Source: Phoronis australis (lineage: Eukaryota; Animalia; Phoronida). From it: a DNA stretch of 43,814 nt. Where the stretch lies: NCBI GenBank assembly GCA_002633005.1, contig NMRA01000221.1:142398-186211 (forward strand), written 5' to 3'. The notes beneath the pieces were generated by a model. The model was not told the origin of the DNA. It ran no database searches and worked only from the letters and a program-made list of their open reading frames with translations. The translations under genes were made by a program, and so were the position numbers. Shown one piece after another: positions 23,550 to 37,793 of the stretch (position 1 is the first letter of the stretch; every line of letters starts with the position of its first letter).

Positions 23550-26500
23550 TTAAAAATGTCTGTGAACTTCCTGAAGGGCAAGTTTAGGACTTGCATTTAA
23601 AAGAGCATCAGCAACGCTAATTTCCGATTTTCGTGCTTCACACTTTTTCCTTACTCGATTTAATCTTCTCATGCTTGCACAACATTCCGGGTTTGTTTTG
23701 TCTCCATAAAGTTTTAGTCTCATAATATACGCGTCACAATGATATTGCAGTGCCAAGTCAACTTTACCCATTCTGCAATACACCATTCCTAAATTGTTCA
23801 ACGTACGCGCTATTCCCAAGTCATCAATTTCGCCAATAAGCCTGCGTTTCATTTCAAGCGACTTCATAAGGAAATCACACGCGCGTTGGTGCTTTCTCGT
23901 CAGGATATACACTGCTCCGATGTTGTTAAAGCATTTTCCGACAACCTGATGATCACGTGACCCGTACATATTTCTTGCCTGAGTTAAAGAATCCTCAAAG
24001 TTCTGAAGCGCTTTCTCGGTGCAGTGCATGTAAGTATATGAGACTCCGATTATCAATAGCACTTCAACGGCACCTTGCGAGACAACTCCTTTGTGAAGTA
24101 GACTGAGCATATCTAGTGTCACCTCGTTAAAGTCTAAAAAGGAATCCAAGTCTTGTTTCACCATGAATTGGTACATAACGTCTATCATACTTCTTTCGAT
24201 TTCATAGTGATCGGCAGTCTTGTTAATCCTTTTTTTCATATCAAGACTCTTCAGTAGATACTTTCGACCCTTTTCAAGATCTCCTCTAGCCAGATGCACA
24301 CCCCCGATTTCACGAAGGTTCACGGCGATTGACAAATGATCCACGTCTCCAAAGAGTCTTTTGTGCATGTTAAGGGAATCAACATGACACCTCATCGCTT
24401 CATCAAGGTTCCCTAAGCTTTCATGAGCTTTCCCGATATAACAAAGGCTTTCAGCTGTGAAATTGTTGTCTCCATCCTTGAAATGCTTTCTTCTGAGGTT
24501 CAATGAATCAGTGTGATACTGCAATGCTTGTGTATACTTCCCCATAGCGTCATAAACCTTTGCTATATTTGTCAAAATTGTAGCAGTCTCGAAATCTGTA
24601 TTGTTGTTGTCAAGTTGTTTTACAATTTCGAGCGATTTCTCCAGATTTTGCAAAGCTAATTTTAGATTTCCTAGCTCCTGGTGAGCTTGACCGAGCGTAT
24701 TTAAAACACATGAAATTTCCTGACGGTGTCGATCATTGCCCAGCCTTTGAAACATACTAATGGACAATTCGCAATACTCAAGTGCTTTCTTTGGTTGGTT
24801 CATGACAGAGTAAACGTCCGCAAGTGACTTTAAACTTACTGCAGTTTCTGGGCAATCTTTGTTTCCATTAAGTCTATTCCGCAGTTGCATTGATTCCATG
24901 CAGTACTGTAGGGCTTCAGCATAATCACCAGTATTGCGATAGATTCGAGCGATGTTATCTAAACAAAAGGCAACTTCCAAATCCTCGCTCCCCTTCGATT
25001 CTTCTCTCAAAATATGCAGTACTCTTTTGAAGAAGAGTAAGGCTGGTTGCGAGTCACAACAGCCTTGTTGCCGGAAATGAAGCGAGCCGCGACGATGCAG
25101 CTTACGTATTTCCTCACTACAGTCTATATCAGAAGCGTATATTACACATTGAACTGTGCAAATGTCTCCATGTTTGACCCAGCAATCATTTTCACTGGTA
25201 AGCAAATTATTTTCAGCATTTGAATTTGCGCGATTTTGAGCTAACCTTTTCTTCATTCTGATTAACTCTTCAAAATAGTCTAGCGATTCGGAGAACTTTT
25301 CTGCAGCACCTAGCAACTCACCAGCAGCGTACAACGTTTGAACAGTTTGCCAGTGGTCACCTAGGAACCTCTGTCTAATGCGTAACGATTTCAGAAGATA
25401 CCGCTGTCTTTCTTCGAAATTTTCTATTTGATACATCCCTTTAAGTCCAATATTGAACAAAAAACTCGTGTCTATGTTTGATGTCTTTCTCAGCGCCAAA
25501 GCTCTTTCGAGTAATTCCATTGCTTCGTCATACTTTCCCAAACAGAGGTTTGCACAATGCATACCTTCCAGATTTAATGCGATTTTTAGGTCATTCAAGC
25601 CTTGACACTGTTCCCAGTATTGTATTGCTTCTGAAAAGCCATCCGAAGCATCACTATACTTTTCCATTTTTAGGTACACTATTGCCAGGGTTTGAAGCAC
25701 CTTTGGGACGAGAGGATGACAGCCAGTTCCATGAAGTCTTAAAATCATATCGCGTGATTCTACGAGACAAAATAAAGCGACATCACAATTTAACACACTA
25801 GAGTAGGCATTTCCAAGGTTCATCAAGGATGTAGCCAAGTCCACATGATCTTTTCCACCTAATAGCCTTCTCAACATGTCTACCGACGATTTGGAATTGT
25901 TGATGGCGTTTTCAAACTCTCCAAGATCTAGGTATAAACTACCAATATTATCTAAGGCTATGGCAATTTCCAACTTGTCAACATCGCCATGTAAATCCCT
26001 TAAGATATCTATAGCCTGAGTGAACAGTTGTAGAGATAAATGGTAATTTTTACTATGCATGAGTGCAATTGCCCTTTGAGTCAAATACTCTGCTTTCTTT
26101 GACCGTTTGGTTTGTGCCGCCTTGCACATATCGTATGCCAAACGTGCATATTTCAATTCATTAGAATGGTCCCCTTCACTTTTAAATGTTCTGCTAATGA
26201 GACTGAAGCATTCTTGAGCTACTGCATCGGTCTCATCGTAGACTATTGAATTATCATTGTAAGTATCAATCTTCGTATTTTCGTTGTCTTTAGTCAGATT
26301 TGAGCCCTGATTCTCAATATGTTTGAAAAAGTGGTCACGTGCTTGCTCAAACAAACAGCAGTTGAGCTCTACCACACCCCTCACGAGATCGTTTCTGTCG
26401 TAAAAAACTTCTTTGGGGATACGATTGTCCCGTACCCAGACTAAACCACGGTCAGCATCGAAAAGGAAAAACACTAAAGGTTGCACCGTGAAATAGTATC

Positions 26501-27961
26501 GGCAAATCAGAACGGAGAAGTCCTTAAAATGAGCAATTTTTTTCGACTGAAAGCTTTCACCACTAGAGTGCTTTTGGGGCAGCAAACTGATCAACTCGTC
26601 TTGACACCCTTTGTGCAAATATGTTGCGAGCCGAAGAAGTGACGATATCGATACCACCCACTCCAGGTTATGAGCTGCTTCTGATTTCAACAACTTCGTG
26701 GACACCATCTCTTCCAGCACGGCCCACGTGGTGTCAGCACTCAGCCTGAAACACGACTTGAACAAGGTAACTATCAGCGTAGGCAATCTAAACATACTCT
26801 TCTTGATGTCCCGAACAGTCTCGACTGGCTTGTGGAAATTTAGAATGAACCCAAATTCCAAAATTATGTCTAACAATTCGCTGAACGCCTTGAGCCTGAC
26901 GCGAAGGTCGGCCTTTGCTAATGCCCGAAAGGAGTTGAACTCTTGTACAAGCTTGTCTGCTCCACTACTCCCGCCAACCTTTACAACTGACGTCATTACA
27001 CGATCAATGTTATAACCCTCCTTCAGAGCGGTGTCATATTCACACAGCTGTGCCATACGCTGAGGTGTCCGGATCAGTTCACGACCTTCCTTGGTTGGCC
27101 TGTCCGGTCGACCAAGAGGCGTGTTACACGCGTAAGGCGCGGCGCTGTCGAACTGGAGCCCACGAGGTGCAACTTTGTCTTCAAACCAGTTCCCGCCAGC
27201 CGTGTCGTAATCGTTCAATGATTTAATGGCTAGAGACTTAAGCAGAGTTTCCTGAATGTTTAATACAAACAAATGGACCAATCGTACCAAATTTTTGAAA
27301 TATCCAACATCTTGTGACTCGTCTTCAACAAGAATAGCCCATTCGATATCGGAAAAAGGAGTCGTGTCTCCTCTTGCTAACGAACCTAGTCCTATAGCAG
27401 CATATTCCTGGGGTGGTGTGCCAAGGATGTTCTCACTCTCAGAGATTAGATATCGAAAAAAATCCGCCATATCGGCACTTGTTTGAGCAAAAATCGTACG
27501 CGATTTTTCATTGAATGCCTTTTCTGTAGATACCCTTTCGGTATCACTTACGTCGAGACTATAACTACTTTTGATTTCTTTCAATGATTTATCAACTCTA
27601 GCACCAGTCGTGTCTCGTATCCTACCTAGCCTAGTATTAACGTCAGATCTGTAATCTAACGGTGTTTTCGCGGGCTCAATAGAAAGAACCTTACAAAAAG
27701 CCAACTCGGTATTCTTTAAGTCCCTTTCAAGCACTGTCACTAACTCAGGCGAGTGCGCTCTTAAAAGCGCAGCGTTAATGAGTGCTGACGATTTTACAAA
27801 GTTGTCCAAGTCTTTCGTCAACAGACCACGTTCACAATAGACCAGTCCCATCTCCTTTAATAACTCAGCGTCTCTCTTCAGATCACCACGCGACCCTTCC
27901 TTCAACGAGTCCGCCAGTTCTTGTTCCCTTTGATATGTTTGGTCCAGCTTCGAAATGTATT
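23550..27961 (-). CDS. Paralog 2, main coding exon: DUF294/GlnD-like nucleotidyltransferase + helical bundle + long TPR array (~1478 aa with upstream exon)
   Basis: The 1451-aa ORF extends upstream in frame (YISKLDQTYQREQELADS) to a TTTGCTCTGATTTTAG acceptor (exon start 27961, phase 1). GLGSLARGDTTPFSDIEW lies at 27339-27392, followed by many TPRs. Confidence 0.92.
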
Positions 27962-28292
27962 CTAAAATCAGAGCAAAACTGCTGTTATGAAGATATTGCG
28001 ACAGAATTATGTACGCTGATTTGTTTATTTTTATTAACTACTTAACAGTTCACACAAACAGCTTTACAACATAGCCGACGATACTTGGCACCTAATTTCG
28101 GAAAATTTTATTTAATTTCCGTTTGCTCACCACCACTCCTTTAGAAGATCACTGCACGTGCGTTGAGAGACAACTCTTACGCTTTTTGAAGGTTTGTTCT
28201 GCCGTCCCGCCCCACCATCAAAATGTCAGGCCGGTTTTTGACACTAGGAGAAATTACTCATTTTCCACGCAATCCAAAATGAAAACGCCAAC

Positions 28293-31200
28293 GGTGTTCT
28301 GTCTAGCTATACTTCCAGATTTCTGCATTTTCAATCTAGGTTCCAGTCTTTATTTTGCATGTTAATACTATGCATCTTGGGGATGCCACTATTCTTTTGC
28401 GCGCTTAAAAGTCTCATGGCTATAAGTGAATATATATTGGTCGTATGGATTTGTTGAGCATTAGCTGTAAATACTTTTGTTTGCAGAGTATTGCTGGTTT
28501 ACTGGTGTTCTTTACGATCACGAGATACCTGGTTATTACCAAGGTAAAATTTTGGCCGGCAAAAGAATACCTTTGTATCATACAGGCCTATTACTGGATT
28601 ACGTCACGATCGTTACGTCAGCGTTCACACAGACTGGCTAAAAGGCCAATCTTCCATTGATTGAATTTTTTAGTAGAATTTGGCAAAATGAAGATACATC
28701 AATAGCAAAACCTCGGTATCAACCACGTGACCACATTTAGTGTTACAGTTTTGTAAGTTATCTTTTATTTTTTAGGGTCCTACATACAGTACACTTAATC
28801 TTAATGACGGGAGGTCACTTTTCTTGAATGTTGAACCTTAGATGATTTCATACTGCTATGTATGGGATATAAAGGTCCGCTGGAAGTCTGACGTCGTCAA
28901 TAGCTATATCAGCATGTCAGTTTTCCACCACGTCATCACTAATTTCCCATCCCATTCACCACCTATTGTCTCTTTCATTCATTCTCCACGGGTGTCAGTG
29001 TTGCTTTCACCGAACTCGACCGGCGTCAATATTGCCTGCGCCTCCTCCCCCCTGGGGTTATCATCGCCTCACCTCCCCACTCACATCCCTGGTGTCAGTA
29101 TTGCCTGCGCGTCGTCCCTACCTGGGTTATCATCGCCCCACCTCCCCACTCACATCCTTGACACCTTATCCCATTCTCTGCATATTGTGTACATACCCTT
29201 ATTACTTACATGTATGTTACTTCACTAGTCCATCTCTACTCCTCGTTAGCCATTTTGTTTCTCTTGTAGTGTCAAGTTGCTAGCTTGTGTTTTATATTGT
29301 TGTACCATGCTTTGTATTCTTTACAACTGCCCTTCGTTTTTTTTAAGTATTCAGTTATTCCTGCCACGACAGAGAGTGAGACAAAACCTGGCATTTGTTC
29401 CAGTCTCAGGCAATCGCACCTCCCTCCAGTTTGGCACCCGGAGTTAGGATTGGGTATCCGGTGCCACACTAGTTGTACACAGTCCAGCACATCGTTCATT
29501 TCATTCCACTCATTTTGTGCGCCCCTGCTTGAGCTGTCTTACCAGCATATCCTGCGACGCTTTTCTATTGCCCATCTTACCATAGATCATCATGCAGCTT
29601 TTCAAGTCAAGTGTGATCGCTATACAACGTATCAATAAACTGAAAGGGGGTTTCCCAGATTTCAACCAATGGGAATACCTGCATGTTATGGCGTCGGATT
29701 CATTACTTTAACCAATAAGAAGCCCTGCTAAACAGCATTCCACAATGCTACCTTTCGTAGCACTCCTCAATAGTGTGTAAATAGTTTTTTCGCTGAGTAT
29801 TCTAGATATAGGAAAATGAAGCCGAATACATCAGTGTCGGTAGTGACGTCTGGGGGAAGTGGTGTCTGGAGGGTAGGGTGAAGTCGATGGCGACAAGGAA
29901 GAACGCCAAATTGTATGGTTCTGGTGGGTGAATTGGCGGGTGACCGAAAATGAGATTATATTGATGGTGCGGAACTCTTGTTGNCCAAGGGTGCGCATTT
30001 GGGTGTTCTGTCTAGCTATACTTCCAGATTTCTACATTTTCAATCTAGGTTCCAGTCTTTGTGCCACTATTCTTTTGCTCGCTTAAAAGTCTCATGGCTA
30101 CAAGTGAATATATATTGGTCGTATGGATTTGTTGAGCATTAGCTGTAAATACTTTTGTTTGCAGAGTATTGCTGGTTTACTGGTGTTCTTTACGATCACG
30201 AGATACCGGGTTATGACCAAGGTAAAATTTTGGCCGGCAAAGGAATACCTTTGTATCATACAGGCCTATTACTGGATTACGTCAAGATCGTTACGTCAGC
30301 GTTCACACAGACTGGCTAAAACGCCAATCTTCCATTGATTGAATTTTTTTAGTAGAATTTGGCAAAATGAAGATACATCAATAGCAAAACCTCGGTATCA
30401 ACCACGTGACCACATTTAGTGTTACAGTTTTGTAAGTTATCTTTTATTTTTTAGGGTCCTACATACACTTAATCTTAATGACGGGAGATCACTTTTCTTG
30501 AATGTTGAACCTTAGATGATTTTATACTGCTATGTATGGGATATAAAGGGCCGCTGGAAGTCTGACGTCGTCAATAGCTATATCAGCATGTCAGTTTTCC
30601 ACCACGTCATCACTAATTTCCCATCCCATTCACCACCTATTGTCTCTTTCATTCATTCTCCACGGGTGTCAGTGTTGCTTTCACCGAACTCCTCCGGCGT
30701 CAATATTGCCTGCGCCTCCTCCCCACGGGGTTATCATCGCCCCACCTCCCCACTCACATCCTTGACACCTTATCCCATTCCCTGCATATTGTGTACATAC
30801 CCTTATTACTTACATGTATGTTCATCTCTACTCCTCGTTAGCCATTTTTTCTCTTATAGTGTTAAGTTGCTAGCTTGTGTTTTATATTGTTGTACCATGC
30901 TTTGTATTCTTTACAACTGCCCTTCGTTTTTTTAAGTATTCAGTTATTCCTACCACGACAGAGAGTGAGACAAAACCTGGCATTGGTTCCAGTCTCAGGC
31001 AATCACACCTCCCCTCCAGTTTGGCACCCGGAGTTAGGATTGGGTTTCCGGCGCGACACTAGTTGTACACAGTCCAGCACATCGTTCATTTCATTGCACT
31101 CATTTTGTGCGCCCCTGCTTGAGCTGTCTTACCAACATATCCTGCGACGCTTTTCTATTGCCCATCTTACCATAGATCATCCTTTTTTACTTCGAAAACT

Positions 31201-31607
31201 GCCCATTTTAATAAATTGCAGCTTTTCAAGTCAAGTGTGATCGCTATACAACGTATCAATAAACTGAAAGCGGGTTTCCCAGATTTCAACCAATGGGAAT
31301 ACCTGCATGTTATGGCGTCGGATTCATTACTTTAACCAATAAGAAGCCCTGCTAAACAGCATTCCACAATGCTACCTTTCGTAGCACTCCTCAATAGTGT
31401 GTAAATAGTTTTTTCGCTGAGTATTCTAGATGTAGGAAAATGAAGCCGAATACATCAGTGTCGGTAGTGACGTCTGGGGGAAGTGGTGTCTGGAGGGTAG
31501 GGTGAAGTCGATGGCGACAAGGAGGGACGCCAAATTGTATGGTTCTGGTGGGTGAATTGGCGGGTGACCGAAAATGAGATTATATTGATGGTGCGGAACT
31601 CTTGTTG
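28293..31607. repeat. ~1.65-kb near-identical tandem duplication (28293-29983 and 30002-31607) in the intron of paralog 2; probable assembly/haplotype artefact
   Basis: The two copies are nearly identical apart from a few SNPs and indels. An 'n' at 29984 lies exactly at the end of the first copy. Confidence 0.85.
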
Positions 31608-32096
31608 ACCGGAAAAGGGGGATTGATGGCGGAAAAGTTAGGACGAAAATGGGTGTTATGACATTGGTGGGAGTGGCATGAACATTTAGCCAATACAAAA
31701 TAAATTCTTTCTAAGCTCATGCTGGGGTCAATCAGCTTCAAATAGTCATAGAACCACATCAACTTCACAGAAATAGTAGTTCAATTGTTAAAATGTCGTC
31801 TGCCATGTTTTTTAATAGATTACATACTGCATTTATCTATTATGAAGACCAAAAGAGCTCCAGAAAGTATTCTAAATGTGGACACTCAACGCAAAGCGTT
31901 GAAATGCACCCACAACTGCACTACTAACAACATTCTTCTTTTTCAACACTAATCAAAATAATGTTAGTGTCGTGAAAATGGTCACAAGGTGTCACAGAAT
32001 ATGTCCAAAAGTCATTTGACCATTTCACGGGACTCAGTGAAAAGTTCATCCCACCTATTTAGTGCATGAATAAACTTGCGAAAATTTTGTCCCTTC

Positions 32097-32222
32097 ATCA
32101 CACCAGATCACGTGACCAGATGAATATAGGTCTGAAAAGATTTCTGACCCGGACCGGGACTAGAAACTAGCACTTTCTGCTAACGTTGCAGACGCTCTAT
32201 AGCCACTGAGCCGAAGTGACCA
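32097..32222 (-). mobile_element. tRNA-derived SINE
   Basis: Minus strand: TCGGCTCAGTGG (A-box-like), TAGAGCGTCTG, then GTTTCTAGTCCC (decayed B-box), followed by the body shared with 23460-23525. Confidence 0.55.
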
Positions 32223-32377
32223 CTAGTCAAACGCCCGAAATCCGGCAATCAGACTTTAGTGGTGGGCATCTTACCCTTGATCCCCATTGTGAGTAAAGTT
32301 GTATGTGATTTACTGCGCCAACCTAGTTAGGAATACACTGAATGCTAGTTATGTTTCGATCCAAAGTCTTGACTTAC

Positions 32378-32402
32378 CAACACTTTGAGTAGCTCCCGCC
32401 AT
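32378..32402 (-). CDS. Paralog 2, ATG-containing exon (coding part MAGATQSV+G)
   Basis: ACA ATG GCG GGA GCT ACT CAA AGT GTT G|GTAAGT. The phase-1 donor joins the phase-1 acceptor at 27961 (G+AA = Glu). Homologous to 8273-8297. Confidence 0.85.
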
Positions 32403-32451
32403 TGTGTCGTCTGGATTCTTGGTTTCACCAGCTGGAATTCTAACTGGAATG

Positions 32452-32642
32452 AAATCATAAATTTGTTCACTAGTCAATCAGAGAGGATTCTTTTAGACTT
32501 TGGCGTGAACAAGGATGACATCTTCCTGATGAAGTTTATCCAAAAANAAATCATAAATTTGTTCACTAGTCAATCAGAGAGGATTCTTTTAGACTTTGGC
32601 GTGAACAAGGATGACATATTCCTGATGAAGTTTATCCAAAAA
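32452..32642. repeat. 95-bp direct duplication around an 'n' (assembly overlap artefact)
   Basis: 32452-32546 is repeated at 32548-32642, with n at 32547. The paralogous region near 8350-8440 has a single copy. Confidence 0.85.
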
Positions 32643-33699
32643 AGGAACAGCGTGCAATAGAAATCCCTGGGCAGCAATTGAAGAAATATTTGGCACAGGA
32701 AAATGATAGAAAATAAGAGCAATTTAAGGGAAAATATGAAACCATGAAATACGCTCATAAGTCATATTTCAGCTTAATGTAGTGAGATAACCTGTACTAA
32801 TGGACTTTTTTCGAAGTGAACACCAGGTTATAATGCTAAAAGTACATGTAATACTAGAGTCTCACTGTATACACTAGTACATTGTGCGTCAAAGCAAACA
32901 AATTTTTTGGTTGGTTAATTTCGGTGAAATCTGGAATGTTCTAAAAAAGTTCAGACTTGGGGAACAAAGAACTGGTGAGACATGCAAGCTAGGTTTATGT
33001 ACTGTTGAAACAAGGTGTGTGACGACGATGTGTATAGAGAAAGCGGTGCTGCGGCGTGAAGACGTTTGTTGAAGAAAGTCGCAAACTGATCGGTCTTCTA
33101 CCCGCCACAGGCAATAGGAAAACATCATTTTTTAACAAATTCATAGACGTCTACTGATGAAGTTCGATTAGAACCCATTATGTATTGTATTCTGTTCACT
33201 CAACGTTATTCTGGCGCAGCAGGAATGCTGCTGACGTATTATTCTTGCGCGGAGCCCAGAGACCAATTCTATACTGACTAATGAATAAGATGGGGCCATT
33301 TTTGTTACGATGAACTAGTGGTCTGAATCAAAAGTTGGGTTTTGGTAGAAACCCTGCATAATTTGTGTCCGTTACCAGGTGTTTGAATGAAAGTACTGGA
33401 TCAATTCATAACAAAAAGTTCTTTTTAACTCTGTTACTTATTGGGAACTACGTTGTGGTCAAACTTAAATATTGCGCATTTTGTTATGCTCTGTAATTAC
33501 TACCAGACAGCATTAATTGCAATCTACTCAATACGTATATCAAGTGATATTATTCAATAAATGAAAGTCGATGTCCGACCAAATCAATACACTGGTTTAA
33601 TTGAAATGGTTGCAAAATTTATAGTGAATTTAGTCCAGTAAACGTAAATTATCAAATCTTTAACCCACCTGTTCGCAAAACCCCTCTCTCTTTTCTTAC

Positions 33700-33713
33700 C
33701 TGTCTTATGACAC
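33700..33713 (-). other. Paralog 2 candidate 5'UTR micro-exon (14 nt) / conserved splice donor
   Basis: Minus strand: CTAAT..TTATCTGCCTTAG|GTGTCATAAGACAG|GTAAGA, equivalent to 12387-12400. Confidence 0.55.
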
Positions 33714-33895
33714 CTAAGGCAGATAAGGCGGAGTTAAGTCACATTAGGACGTTAAAGTCACAGTCAGTTGTTATTTTCCGCTGTCACAGAAGTTTAACGT
33801 TCAACTTTAAAATCGTTTGCACAGTGAAAACATGCATGATCTCAAAGCCGTCATTTCTTCAGGCGAACTGGTTTGAAAGTATCAATCGGTGCGTG

Positions 33896-34023
33896 TTTAT
33901 ATAGGGTGTCACAGGACAATGGGGAGGCGTATTTGAACGACGTCGGAACAAAGACTTGTTTTTCTAGGAAAAAACGTAATCGAGGCAGCCAGCTTATTCG
34001 TGTGTACGTCGAAATTCTTCGAA
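33896..34023 (-). promoter_or_regulatory. Candidate proximal promoter/enhancer of paralog 2: TATA box + two GAS (STAT) motifs
   Basis: TATATAAA (minus strand) at 33896-33903, TTCTAGGAA at 33962-33970 and TTCTTCGAA at 34015-34023. Confidence 0.5.
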
Positions 34024-37000
34024 AACTGCAACGTGGCATTTTCGCAACATGTCAAGCTGGCGTCTGGAGATCTAGATTGTCACCCTCCTAAATCTGTTCG
34101 TGGTGGCGCGAATGAAAACTTGAGCGGACGCAGGCCCATTGTCCATTTGTGGTTATGTACCGCTAGTGTTTTCATTTTATTGTTTCACACGTGCGATCAA
34201 AGTCAACTTTTATAGTTCCTATTTTAAACTCAAAGTATATTATTATAACATTGCCATTCACTGTTACCACTAAAATTGCCCCGGCCCATGAGACCCCCCC
34301 CCCCATTTTTACATTATTCTGCTGTTCGATCCAGAGATACTAAATTCTAATGACGTAATTACTGAAAAATTGGTCTCAACCCCAAAAACGAGCCATCGAT
34401 TGTGGTTTCCACTGGTAGTTTTATAGGGATGAGGGCAAGGGGGCCATGGCCCCACTAAAATTTTCCCGGATTTCATTTTGCAGTTTGTCCACAACCGAGC
34501 CCGAAAATGTTCACGTGTCGAATTGGCAATACAGAGTTTGTCATGGTCAGTGATTTCTCAGCTGTGAATGTAGAGGTCCGTGATAATCACAAAAACGCTC
34601 CATTCAAAGGGGCTCAAATAATTTTGAAAACACTGGAAAACAGAGCTTATAAAATAAGGCATATTAAACGTATTCCGGTATTATTTCATAATTACGTGCG
34701 CAGATCTTAGGTCCCTTGCGACCATGTTTACTGAAAAATAAATGCTAGTTTAAAAGGTTATTCAAATGACATACAGAGCAAATAACTGTATAGCCGACGG
34801 TACTACATTTGGGCACAAGAAATGTAAAAATGTGCCAGTTTCCGTATATACGCCTTCGGAAAAAATCCGGTAGAGTTTTATTTTCTATACACTCAAAATT
34901 AATCATGCAGAATGTTGGGTCTAGAGATGAAGAAGCCAAGTCGGAAAAGACTAAAACAAGAGTGTAGGATGTTAAAACATCATTCCTAGAGGAGATTTCC
35001 TCACTGATTCCGCGCATGCGCATGCCCCTGCTCATCTGATTCATAAGTTGCAATCTTTTTGAATAATTTCTTGTTCATGCTTCTTGACAAAATGCACAGC
35101 TAGGATTCCTTTGACAGATACATACAATGTTTGAATGCTCGGGTACGTGAATCATTTATTCTGAAAGCCTGTCGGACCCAAAGTACAACCTTACAAATTA
35201 TTAAGTTTGCGTCCTGTCACTCAGTGGCGTTCGCCTCTTCACTTGAACGCCAAATAGTAGATTTAGACGATCTGTAATGCAAAAACCTTCCCCCTTACGT
35301 CATTGCCCAGACCAAGTTCCCCAATGCGTAACACGGGCACTTCTAGTTGACAAATATTCGCTAAATTTTCAATACATGTTTGGCTGTGTCTTAAATCTCT
35401 CGCTTGCCCCTGCGCCCTGCCACATAAGGGGGGACACTTACCGTCCCAATTCTCCCTGCTCTTTATGTCTTTGTTTAGTGGAAGGCGCGCTGCCTAAAAC
35501 TTCGCAAGTGGAACGCGCTCCCCTGCCTCCGCTTTCTACACTGTGAAGGGGCACACGACTTTAACTGGTTCGCCACCAATTGTCGGCGCGGAGCCCCCCC
35601 CCCCTCCCCCGTTCACGTTTTACGGTCTTTCTCCTCACTGATGTGTTGCAAACCGAAATTAAATCGAGCCTTGATGAGCTTGAAGTGGTTGGTTGCTATG
35701 CACTAATTCGATCAATTGTTAGGAAAAGGGTATTCATTTACAATCAGTTTTGCAGTTTTGTAACAAAGTTTTGGTGAACAATGAGAAAATAAAGATAAAA
35801 TTACTGAACTCTAGACAAGAAGCATTAATATGTGTCAGCACAAGTCCTTTCATATAAGAGAGGTGAGAATTTTGAATTTCTATCAATACTTTATTTACGA
35901 GTTTGAATTTGTACCTTAAAATGCTTATTTTGCTATATTTCCATTTGTCATGCTTATTTGATATTTTAATAAGCCGCTACGCGGTACAGTTGTAGAGTCT
36001 TCCATGTAGCAAGGAGGCCGAGCACATTTTCAATAGGTAACGTGAGCTATGATCGCTAACAACTGTGTGCTGTCCCCAGCATGGTAGCTAGATGAGCGGG
36101 GGAGGACCACCTCAGGCGGAACCTCAACATACCGACTGGAGGAAAAAACAGAACATTGCAGGCTGTCTAATACCGGAATAGCATCTGGCGTGTGCAGGCC
36201 GCATAGGTCGGGTCGATTGCATAAAACACCTGATTTAAAACACATGAGAACCCTCTTATGTAAATATAGTCATTATGTTCTTGCAGAGACAGGTTTCAGA
36301 AATCCGTATACAAGTAGGCCATATTCATCTGCTACGGATGATAGGTATTTGACCCACGTTACTGTCCGCAGTGTTCTCCCAGCCCTCTATGGTGCACCGC
36401 CCATGACGGATGATAGGTATTTGAACCAAGTTACAGTCACTTAAAGGCCAAGTATGGTGCCAAAATGACTATTTTTACATCTAAAATACATTTATTGATA
36501 AAAAACATCAAAATACTGTGTCATAGAATACCCCAGTCGTTAATTAAGTAGGCCTTCGACAATACAGTATCCCCATCACGAACCCCATTTAGCGCCAAAA
36601 AAAAACTTGAGACGGCGCTTGCACTAATCGAAGTCTATGACATCATCGTTACAACGAATTTGACTTTCACCGTGTCTCCAGAGTATTGGAATCAGAGATG
36701 ACTCGTTTTTTAATTTAGTGCAAAATACGTGGAAAATGAAGGAAACATTTCATGTCAGTTAATATTAAAATTAATCAAAATCACTACCTTTAGAATTTTT
36801 ATTCAATTATTTAGCACACATTCTAATACGGGCCCGTATGGGAATCTCCGGGAGTGTGACTGGTGCCGTCGAAACAGCCGGAAAAACAAAATGCTTCGTC
36901 TGAATTGTTATCAGCAATTTCCCAATGTTTATTATAAAGTGTATTTTTTGATACAAAAACTTTGATGTTAGTAACTTTCCATTCATGTCTTTTTGAAGCC

Positions 37001-37793
37001 GAAGGTGTGAACGCTGCGCGATTCCAATACGGACGGCTGTCCAGTGTGTGTCCCGTATGGGTATAGACGACAACAGGCCATTTAACTTGGTGCAAAATAC
37101 GTAGAAATGTTAGGCTCACAGCACATATCAGCATGGTCTTTTCGTACAATGCAACTAAATCCAAATTCATTGAAAATTTTATATTAGAAACTCAATTTTC
37201 AAAATAAGTCGCCGTGAAATGCTGCAACCCGTAATCGGTCAAGCTAAAAAAATTTAAAATTTAATAGCAACACAAGATCGTGCGTGTCTGTAATAAATTA
37301 AAACTACGAAATAAAGTCTGTATTGCATGAAAACATACCCAGTCATAAGAATTTGTAATCAATTGAACGTTTTAAATTCAGTATCAGAATTCCGTCAGGC
37401 CTACGTGAACGACCCAAATCAGACAGAATATTCCGGATTTGGGCCGGATTCCCCATACTCTGGGCCGGAACACTGACACGAAACGTCTCAGTGCACACTG
37501 TAGATTTTTTGTAGCCAACCAGCTAGCTGTTTGAAGGCTATCGCCATAATACAACCAAGTAACACTGTGACTTGAGCTCTGTTAAACCACAGATTTAATC
37601 TTACCACTTTTTTACCCACGTCGGTGCAAAGCTGTATATTTATATACAGCTTTGTACCAAGGCTAGAAATTTCATAGACCTACTACAGACCGGGTATGAG
37701 TTGTGTTAGTCAACTCGTCGTGAAACTTATATCGCAGAGCCAACGACCGACGACCGGGGTGCATGCAATCTGGGAGACAATTTGGACACTCAC

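Noticed and set aside
29432-29452. TGGCACCCGG.. as an LTR primer-binding site
   Set aside because: Only a short partial tRNA complement, and no definable LTR ends or gag/pol sequence nearby.
29647-29656. NF-kB-like site GGGGTTTCCC in the paralog 2 intron
   Set aside because: Single hit, altered in the duplicate copy and absent from paralog 1; expected by chance.
28445-31240. Paired short ORFs (71, 117-139 aa) appearing twice
   Set aside because: They arise from the intronic duplication, lie antisense in an intron, are frameshifted between copies and have no recognisable domains.
32140-32222. Possible tRNA gene
   Set aside because: The B-box is decayed, no full cloverleaf forms, and the downstream body is shared with another copy; treated as a SINE.
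33150-33180. CTGATGA followed by a small hairpin (hammerhead-like)
   Set aside because: The obligatory GAAA box is missing.
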